DNA from: Chrysochromulina tobinii
Taxonomy: Eukaryota
DNA length: 64,000 bases
Direction of reading: 5' to 3'
NCBI GenBank assembly: GCA_001275005.1
Contig: JWZX01002949.1
Span: forward strand, 1-64,000
Below the pieces are notes generated by a model. The model ran no database searches, was not told where the DNA came from, and was given only the letters and a program-made list of their open reading frames with translations. The position numbers and the translations under genes are program-made. Position 1 is the first letter of the stretch. Each line of letters begins with the position of its first letter. Shown here piece after piece: positions 11,505 to 20,871 of the stretch.

Positions 11505-12281
11505 ATGGAGGCTGAGGCCCTGTTTGCCTTCTTCACGGTCGGCCTCATTGTTCTCGGACTCGTGACACAACTCACGAGGCAGCACGACGGTGGAAAGACA
11601 GCGAGGGCAGCCCCATGTGTCACGGTGATCCTGTTGATTGTCATTGTCGTGTTTGGAGAGCGCTTCGGCATACTAGCGAACCGCGAAGGCATCGGCGCGC
11701 TGGCAGGAGCGGCGGGTGTGACAACATCCGACGGCAGCCTTCCCGACTTGTCGAGCACCTTGGCCGGCCAGAGGAACGTCACGGGTTTGGCCGCGCTGCA
11801 GGCGGAGCTCGCGCGGCTGCAAGCGGTGCTCAAGCAAGCGGTTGCGGATGAGGACTATGCCAAGGCGGCCGAGCTGAAGCCGAAAATCAAGCAGCTTAAG
11901 GCGACGGCTCGTGAACCTGGCGCGCTTCGCACGCCCGGCTCTGGTGGCAAGCGCAAAGGCTCGCGCCGCAATCGCAAGCCGGCACCGGGTGCCACTTCGG
12001 TGGCGGCGGATGCGGCGACGATGTCGGGCGTGAGTGCCGTGGCTACAGCGAGCGCAGCGGTGGCTAGTGCGACAACAGTTGACACGGCGACGACGGGCGT
12101 TGGTGCGGCGGGCGCGGTAGCGGCGGGCAGCGTAATCATGGGCGACTCGGAAAGTGGCAAAGGGCGCAAACGCGGCGGCGCGCCAGAGGGCGACGAGTCG
12201 AGCGGCAAAAAGCGCGGCCGACGAGGCAGAAGAAGTGGGACGGCAAGAGCCAGTACGACAAGTACGACATCTTCAAGGTGA
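11505..12281 (+). CDS. Hypothetical membrane protein with a UVR (UvrB/C) coiled-coil motif
   Basis: Two N-terminal hydrophobic segments; ELARLQAVLKQAVADEDYAKAAELKPKIKQL fits the UVR motif; basic low-complexity tail. Confidence 0.55.
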   Translation: MEAEALFAFFTVGLIVLGLVTQLTRQHDGGKTARAAPCVTVILLIVIVVFGERFGILANREGIGALAGAAGVTTSDGSLPDLSSTLAGQRNVTGLAALQAELARLQAVLKQAVADEDYAKAAELKPKIKQLKATAREPGALRTPGSGGKRKGSRRNRKPAPGATSVAADAATMSGVSAVATASAAVASATTVDTATTGVGAAGAVAAGSVIMGDSESGKGRKRGGAPEGDESSGKKRGRRGRRSGTARASTTSTTSSR

Positions 12282-13154
12282 TCCGAAGCACCTCGCAGCT
12301 GCGCGGGGGCAAACACCTTGCGCTCCGTTGAGCAGTATAGTCACACTCGCCTGTGCAGGAGCGGGTCGTCGGCCGCGCTCGTAGGTATACATATGAGTGA
12401 GCAGTGAGGGCACCCACCGTTACGGACACGCCGCTGGGGAGGGGGGGTCATCTACTGTTCGGTGTTGGACAACGTTTCCTACTGTCGTTCTCCTTTCGTT
12501 CTCCACTGGTCGTCGCCCAGGCATCTCCCGTCGGGTCTGCCATCTCCGCGGTGACCATGGCGGTGACTGCCCGGGCCGCGCGGGGGCCGGCCGCCCGGGC
12601 GCGATCGCATGCTGGGGCCGGGGCTTAAGCCGGGGCGCGCGATGGCGATCAGGGGCGGGCGCGCCGGCCGCCGTGCGATGACGCGCGGCGCTGGCTGCCC
12701 GGCCGCCCGGCCGACCAGGCGACGCCACCTGTCGCGGCGCCGGCCCGCCCTGTTACGTCAGCCGCGGCGTCGCGGCCCCGGAGCGGCTCGGGCGTCGGCC
12801 GGGCACCGGCGCTGCCACGAGCCCCCGACCAACGTCCCCGACCCACCGCCACGTGCGGCCGCGGCCTCGACCGCGGCCCGCGCGCCGACACGCCGCCTCA
12901 ATGACTCATTCGATGAGAATTAGATGAGAATGACGGACCCGGACGGTGTTTTGAAAACCATATTCCATAGGCCGTGTAGTAAGCGAATATGTCGTTTGAC
13001 GGATCGTGACGCAATCGATGTATAAGAATGAAATATGAATGGCATCCCTTTCTGGCGAGGCGCTGCCTCTGCCTCGGCTCTGCAGATTCGAGACTGGCCG
13101 CTGCTGCCCGCGTCGGCTTGTGTCACGAAATCTCCATCGACAAGTTCACAACAC

Positions 13155-16100
13155 TCATGCGCTGAGCTCCTCAGCGCTGACGTTGATGGAAGGGGCCCAT
13201 TGGAGCCTTTTGTCGCTCTTTTCGTGGTCCGAATTTGTGGGAGGCGCTCCTGAGAGCACCGAGATGATCTCGTCGTTGAGCGTGAGGATCTTGGGCAGAT
13301 GCATGTCTTTATCCTTGAGGCTCGTCACAGTCACGTCTTCCTTGGCGAGGATATCATGCGCCTCCGCGGGCGTCTTCTCCGCCCACATGGCCTGCAGGCA
13401 TGCGCAGATGGCACTGTTGGCATTGTAGATGGGCGCCACCGTGCATCGCGAGCTGTCAGCCTTAGTGTTGACGTTTGCCATACTGGGCGAGCTGCCACGC
13501 GTCCAAGCTCGGTTGCGTCGCGTGACGTCTCGTGTCTTCGATCGTCCGCTTTGTCCTGTGATGAACTCCGCCTCGGACCGCCAAAGGTCCGCTTTGGGGC
13601 CCAAGAGGCCATCCGGGGACGGAACCTGAAATGAGAGCCATGCCTCAAACTGCGTCCAGAAGCGGGAGAGGTAACTCAGGTCGAGCAGGATGAGCACGGA
13701 GCAGCCGAGGTAGAGGTAGTTGACGTTCTGTAGCATGTAGTTGAAGGCGACCTTCTGCGCGGGCGTCCGGTCGCCCTGCGGCATGCACCAGTAGTCGTAC
13801 CAGACCCACTGCACCTCCAGATGGGCCTCCAAGTAGATCCGGATCTCGGCCAACTGTAAGCCATCCTTGTCGGGCGCGTCCCTCGCAAACCAGCGGTGGC
13901 TCACCGCCAAATACCGTTGGGCGTACGCGCCGCGGAAGGATCCATCGCGCGCGATCGTATGCTTCGAGAGCCAACCGTGGCCGCGCTTACTGAGTTGCTG
14001 GAAGCTCGGTAGGCACTTGTCGGTGCTCTCGCGCAGGTGCGCGGCACTCACGAACCAAAACGTGCACTCGTGCCTTGCTGCCTCGTGCGCTCGCTGCTCG
14101 CGCTCCTCAAGCATCTCGTCCCGCTCAATCGCATTCCTAATTTGGATCGTGTGCCGGATCCGTGTCCACCAGCGGAGTAGTCGACCCTTGCTGAGCACCA
14201 GAAGAATCAGCACGGCGCAGAGGCTGGCGGTCACGATGGCCGTGATATACGATCCGGCCAACATCCAGGGCAGCCTCGGCGGCGTGGCGCACCTGATGAG
14301 GGAGGCAATCCATTGCAATCAAAAGTCATCAGCGGTCATCAGTGGCCATCAGTGGTAGCCTCGGCGGCGTGGCGCACCGGTCGCCCGTGTAACCGTCGGC
14401 GCACACACACGTGCCATCGAGCTGGCACGAGCCACGGCCGTTGCACTGGCTCTCCGTGCGTTCTCCAAGCGCATAGAAGCATTCCCGGTACTCCCACGGA
14501 GGCATCGGGAAGCGCAGATGGACTTTGCCCTCGTCGCCGCGCGCCGGATTGGGTGTGCTCGAGTTCCATGCGGAGGACTCATAGACTGCTCGCACCTGCT
14601 GCTCAACCACCTGCATGGCGGGCGGACGGACGGACGGATGGGAGGGCAGTCAGCAACGGGAAGTGACAAGCGGCACGTTCACATTCCCCCACCTGCGTGA
14701 CGATCATCTCGGAGCTCATCATGCCAAACGAATTGAACGTGATGTGCTGCGCAAACTCGGGCAGGTCCATGGTGCTCAAGGCAGCCGCCACGCGGTCCGT
14801 GTCGAGCGAGTCGGCCGTCTCGACGGCGTGGGCGAGGGCCACGCAGCTCATGAACTGCGACGCACCAACATAACTCACGCCCTCCCCAAACATGGCCAAA
14901 AACGCGTCCGTGAAGTCCTTGCTGGTCATCTGCGTAAACCGGCCGACCGTCCCATTTTTGGACGGATGCCACGTCACGGGCTCGAGGATGTAACCCCATC
15001 GCCACCACGGCTCGGCCAAGGCCATATTTGCGGCGGCCCGTGAATCGACCCACTGTGAATCGGCCCAGCGTGAATCGGAGAGTGCCACAGTGACCATCAC
15101 CGCCAGCGGCGAGTAATTCATCTGGTACAGCGCTTCTACGATCCCCTCAGCGCTCGAAAAATAGGTGCACGCGATCACGTAGGTGACACCAGCCTCTTGC
15201 AGATGCCGCAGCGCTGTCTCGAGCACGTCCAAATACACCGTGTACTCGGTGGAATTTCGGGCGACCGTCGGGCCGGCAGGGACCCCCACCATGAGTGGAG
15301 CGCCCGAGGTCGCATTCAGTGCGTAGCGCATCCCGAGGCTGTTCAGGACGCCCGGCCCCTCCTCAACACACATATTCCGTGGGAATGTCGAGTCTTCATA
15401 GATGAAGCCGGCAAGTAGAGATTGGCGGCAGCTGCCTCCAACAGTGCAGACCATGTCCCGACGCAGCGCGCCCGACGCCACACACAACGGGTTGGTACGC
15501 TTGAACGCGATGGCCTCCGCATCGACGGTGTCGTCGGGCGCGTCGCAGAGCTCCGCGGCCGCAATAACCGCGCGTGTCGTGGCGGCGACAGACTTTGAAC
15601 TTGGAGGCAGCGTGCCGAAGGTGAGGTTGTTGGAGGCAATCACTGCAGGCGTGGCGGCCGAGCTAGCCACGATGATCTTGCGGAGAGCCCCCGACTGCAG
15701 GGCGGCATATTTGGTCTGATGGAGCGAGATGGCGATGGACATGGGGGGAGGGGTGAAGATGAGAAATGAAGAGAGGACGCGCGCACACGCGGATATCGAT
15801 CAGCGGGTGAGCCGGGGGAGGTTCCACATACCAGGGTTGAGCCATAGGGACCGAGCAAGAAGTGAGCCGACTCGACCGTCTCGGAGGCGTGGTACGTCGC
15901 GTTCGTCACTTGAGTTGGGTTCGAGCCATCGCCAACGACGTGGTAACGCACCATGAGCTGTTGGCCACCCACCGTGAGGCCGCCTCTCCTGGTGTTGACC
16001 CAGGAAACAAACAATTCGGTGGCGCGGCGCACCTCGAGAGACCCAGTATAACTTATATCGCTGTAGCGGATCGAAAGCGGCTGGCCGAATACGACCGTCC

Positions 16101-16308
16101 CGTTGCAGCGGCCTGCGGCTCCTGAGATCAGTTGCTCCGTGAACGCCGGGAGATGGGGCAACTGACTCATCTCTAAGGGAGAGACGGAACACACATCGCC
16201 AGTGCAGTTGGTGACGGAGATGAAGGTGTTGTTGCTGACGGTGCATTGCTGACCGATCGCGGACCAGGAGGCCATTGCTACGCAGAGAGTCCGCAGCCGC
16301 ATGAACAT
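13155..16308 (-). CDS. Single-pass receptor-like protein: type-I periplasmic-binding (Venus flytrap) ectodomain, EGF-like repeat, TM, cytosolic HET-like domain; complement(join(13155..14292,14378..14610,14693..15715,15832..16308))
   Basis: Three GT-AG introns (14293..14377, 14611..14692, 15716..15831) join four ORFs in frame. Motifs: signal peptide; WVNTRRGGLTVGG, VGDGS and HFLLGPYGS (Leu/Ile/Val-binding-protein-like); CNGRGSCQLDGTCVCADGYTGDRC; a TM helix; LAVSHRW, WYDYWCMPQ and YLSRFWTQFE. Confidence 0.75.
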
Positions 16309-16634
16309 CCGCGTGGCAGCTACAAGTGGAGAGGCTCAAGTTGAAAGGTTCCACGACACAGGTCTTTTTGGTGCGGGGGTGCGAGAGCCAACTTTCAAGC
16401 CCAAACCGAGAGATATTCATAATCTACCGGTACGGACAAAAATAGGACGCATTGGGTGAATGCGTGTGTGAATGTGTCAAGGTGGTCTGAGTTCCTCTTT
16501 TGTTTTGGGATCCCGGTCAGGGCGCACAGGGGCGCGCGCGTGTATTCATACGTAATCAAGATTGAGTGTGAGACTGGCAGTGTGACTGTGAGCCACACAG
16601 ATGAAGCTGCAAGCTCGACTGCGTGTACACAAGA

Positions 16635-19457
16635 CTAATCGCACTCGTGCCGGAACAGGCGCTCCGGCCCGAAGAAGAGACGCTCACCACGCTCGATCGC
16701 CTCATTCTCCGCCACCTGGCAGGGCGCACGCGGCCCTTCGTACGGCTCGGCCAACTCAGTTTGCATGCGCTGCAGCTCGCCGAACCACTGCGGCCGGTGG
16801 CGGCTCAGGGCGACGCGCCCCTCTGCATGTGCCGAGAGCGCGTGGGCAGCGTGCAGCGCAGCGAGTGCAGTCCGCTCGTCCAAGTCAACGAGTAGAGCGC
16901 TCAAACTGCTCTCGAGCCCATGGGCGAGCACAAAGGCCACGCCGCTCGCGCCTTGAGGGCTTCCGAATCCGAGGAGCTCTGAGAACCCTTTGGCACCTGC
17001 CAGCCGCACCGCAGCCTCCGGATGCGCCGCGCTGCATGCCAACGCGCGCGCGAGCCGTGCCTCGACGGCTGCAGGGTCCTCTGGCGACCATTCCACAGCA
17101 GGGTCCTCTGGCGACCCTTCCACAGCAGGGTCCTCTGGCGACCCTTTTTTGCCCCGCCCCCCACCCTGCTCCTCGCCCCGCCCCTCGCCCCGCTCCTCGC
17201 CATTCTGCCCAACCAGCTCGCGCCGCTTCCACCACTCGCATGCAAGCGGGCTGAGAGCGTCGAGCACCGCCGTCCATACGTGAGCATCGAGCATCCTCTC
17301 TTCCTCGTTCGTCACGAGCGCTGCCAGAGCGCCCACGGCACGCGCGAGCCGCTGTGTCTTTTTCACATTCACGAGCCGCTGTGTCACGGCAGTGCCGCCC
17401 ATGGCGCCGTCAGCAGTTAAGCCGCAGTCGACCGTGGCGCCGCCGTCGGCGGTGGCGGCGCCGTCGGCGGTGGCGGCGCCGTCGGCGCCGCCCGCAACGG
17501 CGCCGCGCCGCGCCGTGAGCAGCCTCAGCAGCGAACGTGCGGCTGCACGCACGAGCCGTTCGTCGGGTGGTGGAGGGCGCAAGTTTCCGTCCTTGGACAG
17601 CGCCGCGTGCGGCTGTACTGCGGCGCCGGGCGGCATAGGGCGCCTGCGGCGGCCCGCCGCAATCAATCCTAGCATCAGCTCATCCCAGCGCCCTATGTCA
17701 AGGAGGACACTCGCCCATGCTGTCGTGAGCCACGGCTCTGCCGCGCGCACCGCGAGCAGCGCCGTCGTGAGCTCTCGCCCGCGGAGCGCGTCGCGCAGCT
17801 GACGCGGGGTTGCCTCCACCGCCACCTCGCTTCCTGCCATGCCTGCGCCCACTGGTACGCGCCACAGGCCTCCCATGTCGTCTCCCATGCCGCGACGCAT
17901 GTCGCCATGCGTGCCGCCAAGCGCCGCGGTGGGCATGTCGCCATGCGTGCCGCCAAGCGCCGCCAGACAGCACTGCACGATGCGCACAACGAGTGCGACT
18001 GGCGGCGGCAGAGGAGATGATAGCAGCAGCTCCGCTAGTTGAGGGTTAGCTGGTTGAGGGTGCGAGTGCGGCCTCTGCTCGTCGGCGTGGCGAGGCGGCC
18101 TGCACGCCCCGGCCAAGCGGAGCGCACCCGCCTCGGCGCCCAGCTCCTTACCATGCAGGAGCAATCCAGTGGCGAGCGCCGTGAGTGGCCCTACCAACGG
18201 CCCTACCGGTAGCACCAACGGCTGCCCGGCTCCCCATGTCTCCCCGGCTCCCCATGGCTCCCCTACCTCCAGCGACTCGCCTCTTTCACACAGGAGGCTC
18301 ACGAGCGTGAGCAGCCTCTCGCGCAGCCCGGGTGGAGCGCCGCTCGAGAGGCCGAGCGGCAGCAGGCGCATGTACATGAGCAGCACACGGCTCTCGAGCA
18401 GCCAAGGGTACCATATATGGTAGCACCCCTGCGACGACCACACCTCGCCATTGTGTTCGCAGCCGCTGCCAGTCGGTGCGTAGTCCGGCATCGCGGCCTC
18501 CAAAGATCGCTCCAGCAAGCCAGCTAGCAGCGCGGTTCGAGGCTCGACCTCGCCCAGCCATTCCTGCAACGCCTCACCCATCCCGAGGGTCGCTGCCAGC
18601 TCGCACGTACGCTCACCTGCCCGCTTGCCCGGCGAGGAGTCGCGCTCAGATGCAGCCTCGCGCAGAGGAGATTCGTGCACTGGCATGATCAGCCACCTGA
18701 GCACTACCTCCTGCAGCTGAGCACTGTATGCGTGCCTGGCTCGGTGCGGCGCAAGGGCAACGCAGACGAGGTCGCGGCATGCCTTGGCCACGTACTCGGT
18801 CGCATCGCCGAGGCACGCGAGCACACGCTTCGCTGGCAGAGCACACGTGACTGCTTTGTAGAGCGGCGCCATCTCATCACTCATCTGCTGCAACAGCGTC
18901 GTTGCTAGCTTCACAGCCGCCTCGAGTGGCGCCGCCCAGCGGGCCGCGTCGCCAGCTGCAGATGAAAAGCCACACGCAATGGCTGCTGTCACGAGGGATG
19001 TCACTCGTGCTTCGGTTGCTTGGTGAGCGTCGTCAGAAATCGCTCTCGGCGCATGGTGATCGTCGTCAGAAATCGCTCTTGGCCGCTTCCTCGTGCCCGA
19101 ACCGGCCCAGACGCCTCCGAAATTCGCGCGTCCCGTGAGCACGTCGAGGAGGCGGATACACGTGGCTGTGACGTGCGCGTCCTTGTGAGCAAAGCCACGG
19201 CGGAACAAACGCTCGCCCGCGGGGCTGATAATTGCATCAGCCATCCTCGCGTCCGTTGCCTCCTGGACGAAGGTGAGAAACTCTTCGCACGCCACATCAT
19301 CGATGCCGCAACAATCGTCTGGCCAAACCGCCCCCGCCTCATCTGAGCAAGAGGTGGCTACTGGCACCGCAGGTAGGCAGCGCATGCGGACTAGCGCGGT
19401 CAAATTCGCCAAGACCACAGCTTCGGTCGGCATTGCCCCATGAAAAGTGGAGGACAT
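16635..19457 (-). CDS. Hypothetical large Ala/Leu-rich helical (ARM/HEAT-like) protein
   Basis: Uninterrupted frame of about 940 codons from ATG 19457; helical-repeat-like composition; internal short tandem repeats (GSPEDPAVE x3). No family recognised. Confidence 0.55.
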   Translation of the reverse strand: MSSTFHGAMPTEAVVLANLTALVRMRCLPAVPVATSCSDEAGAVWPDDCCGIDDVACEEFLTFVQEATDARMADAIISPAGERLFRRGFAHKDAHVTATCIRLLDVLTGRANFGGVWAGSGTRKRPRAISDDDHHAPRAISDDAHQATEARVTSLVTAAIACGFSSAAGDAARWAAPLEAAVKLATTLLQQMSDEMAPLYKAVTCALPAKRVLACLGDATEYVAKACRDLVCVALAPHRARHAYSAQLQEVVLRWLIMPVHESPLREAASERDSSPGKRAGERTCELAATLGMGEALQEWLGEVEPRTALLAGLLERSLEAAMPDYAPTGSGCEHNGEVWSSQGCYHIWYPWLLESRVLLMYMRLLPLGLSSGAPPGLRERLLTLVSLLCERGESLEVGEPWGAGETWGAGQPLVLPVGPLVGPLTALATGLLLHGKELGAEAGALRLAGACRPPRHADEQRPHSHPQPANPQLAELLLSSPLPPPVALVVRIVQCCLAALGGTHGDMPTAALGGTHGDMRRGMGDDMGGLWRVPVGAGMAGSEVAVEATPRQLRDALRGRELTTALLAVRAAEPWLTTAWASVLLDIGRWDELMLGLIAAGRRRRPMPPGAAVQPHAALSKDGNLRPPPPDERLVRAAARSLLRLLTARRGAVAGGADGAATADGAATADGGATVDCGLTADGAMGGTAVTQRLVNVKKTQRLARAVGALAALVTNEEERMLDAHVWTAVLDALSPLACEWWKRRELVGQNGEERGEGRGEEQGGGRGKKGSPEDPAVEGSPEDPAVEWSPEDPAAVEARLARALACSAAHPEAAVRLAGAKGFSELLGFGSPQGASGVAFVLAHGLESSLSALLVDLDERTALAALHAAHALSAHAEGRVALSRHRPQWFGELQRMQTELAEPYEGPRAPCQVAENEAIERGERLFFGPERLFRHECD

Positions 19458-19781
19458 GTGCTGCCACACGAAGAACGCGCGCTCGGATTTTCGACTGTGA
19501 ACGATCGCCCCCGGTCCGCCGGGCCGGTCAAGGGGGGCTGATCGGAGTCCGCGGCTCCTACGCAGCTCCCCCGGTGTCTTCACGGGACCGAGACCAGGAC
19601 AACCAACTCGCGACGGCGACGAAGCCTCCCGGTATTTCCTATTTGAATTTCGTTCGGGTATAACCGACCGCACTCGCCGTGTTGAACTCTCAACTTTCAG
19701 CGAATTCCACACAAAAATAATCGTGGTCTCGTCTTCGGTCTTGGTCGTTTTGTATATCCTAGGTTTGTATATCCTACTATC

Positions 19782-20735
19782 TCAAGATATACAACATATC
19801 GATTCCAAAGCGTCGGGTGGCGGCGGTCCCTTCTTCTGGGCAGGCCTTGGGGCGGGTGGATCCTCCGCTGAGATGGCGACTCGCTCACCCTCGCCCTCGC
19901 CCTCAACCTTTTGCTTCGCATCCACCGGAGCGGCGTCGACTGCACCAAGGGAAGCAGTTCCTTTTGAGGCCTCCTCGCCCACGCCGTCGACGTTTACCAG
20001 GTCGGCGGGAACCGCTGACGATGCGGTGCCCTCGTCGTCCGTGGCGCCAGGCTGATGGTGCTCGCGCAAACCGATCGCAACGACCGGCGTCATCTCTGGC
20101 GCTGCAGCTCCTGGCACCTCGATGCCCACGAATCTCAGAGTGGGTTTGAGCCACACGCGTGGTGCCGGCGCCTCCTCCGCCAGCTTCGCCTCGGCCTCGG
20201 CGAGCTCAAGAGCGTGCACTTGCCTCTTCCGGCGCCACTTTGGCATAAGCACGTAGACGAGATACAACAAGCACGCGCCCCATAAGCACGCGAACACCAC
20301 CGCGCATGCGACAGAGATGAGCAACATTACTAACGTAAACTCGGTGCCCTCGGTGACGAGTGGTGCGGCTGGCGGACCCGGAGGAAGAAGCACGGCTACT
20401 GGTCGACCCGCCCACAAATTTGGAGGTGGGCTCAGAGGCGAAGGTGAGGGCGATGGTGGTGGCATATTGGGTGGTCGCAGGGGCGGCAGCCCTGGTGGAG
20501 CAGGCGAACGCGGCGGCTGGGGCGGAAGCGGCGACGGCGGAGGCCGCGAAGGGGGCGGGGGCGAGGGAGAGGGTGGCGGGGGCGAGGGCGACGGAGGTGG
20601 CGGGAATGGCGGCAACGACGGAGGTGGCGGTGATGGCGGTGGCGACGGAGGTGGCGGAAGTGGTGGCGGCGGCCGTGGAGGCAACAAAGGCGATGGCACG
20701 TCGTGACTGAGCCTACGACCTGAGAACGGCGACAT
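19782..20735 (-). CDS. Proline-rich (extensin-like) single-pass membrane protein; 5' end uncertain
   Basis: SPPP/PPPP tracts, then a TM segment (FTLVMLL...YLVYVLM) and a basic stop-transfer (KWRRKR). Confidence 0.6.
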   Translation of the reverse strand: MSPFSGRRLSHDVPSPLLPPRPPPPLPPPPSPPPSPPPPSLPPFPPPPSPSPPPPSPSPPPPSRPPPSPLPPQPPRSPAPPGLPPLRPPNMPPPSPSPSPLSPPPNLWAGRPVAVLLPPGPPAAPLVTEGTEFTLVMLLISVACAVVFACLWGACLLYLVYVLMPKWRRKRQVHALELAEAEAKLAEEAPAPRVWLKPTLRFVGIEVPGAAAPEMTPVVAIGLREHHQPGATDDEGTASSAVPADLVNVDGVGEEASKGTASLGAVDAAPVDAKQKVEGEGEGERVAISAEDPPAPRPAQKKGPPPPDALESICCIS

Positions 20736-20871
20736 GTTCCAGGCGGTTAGTTGAGTTGAGTGAACAGTGATCAATGTGTGAACAGGCAGGGGAGAGGGGC
20801 AGCTGTTAATGTTGTGCGGAGAGTCACCCAAACACTCCTCGAGGCCTCGAGGACCGGACGAAACTAAAAAC

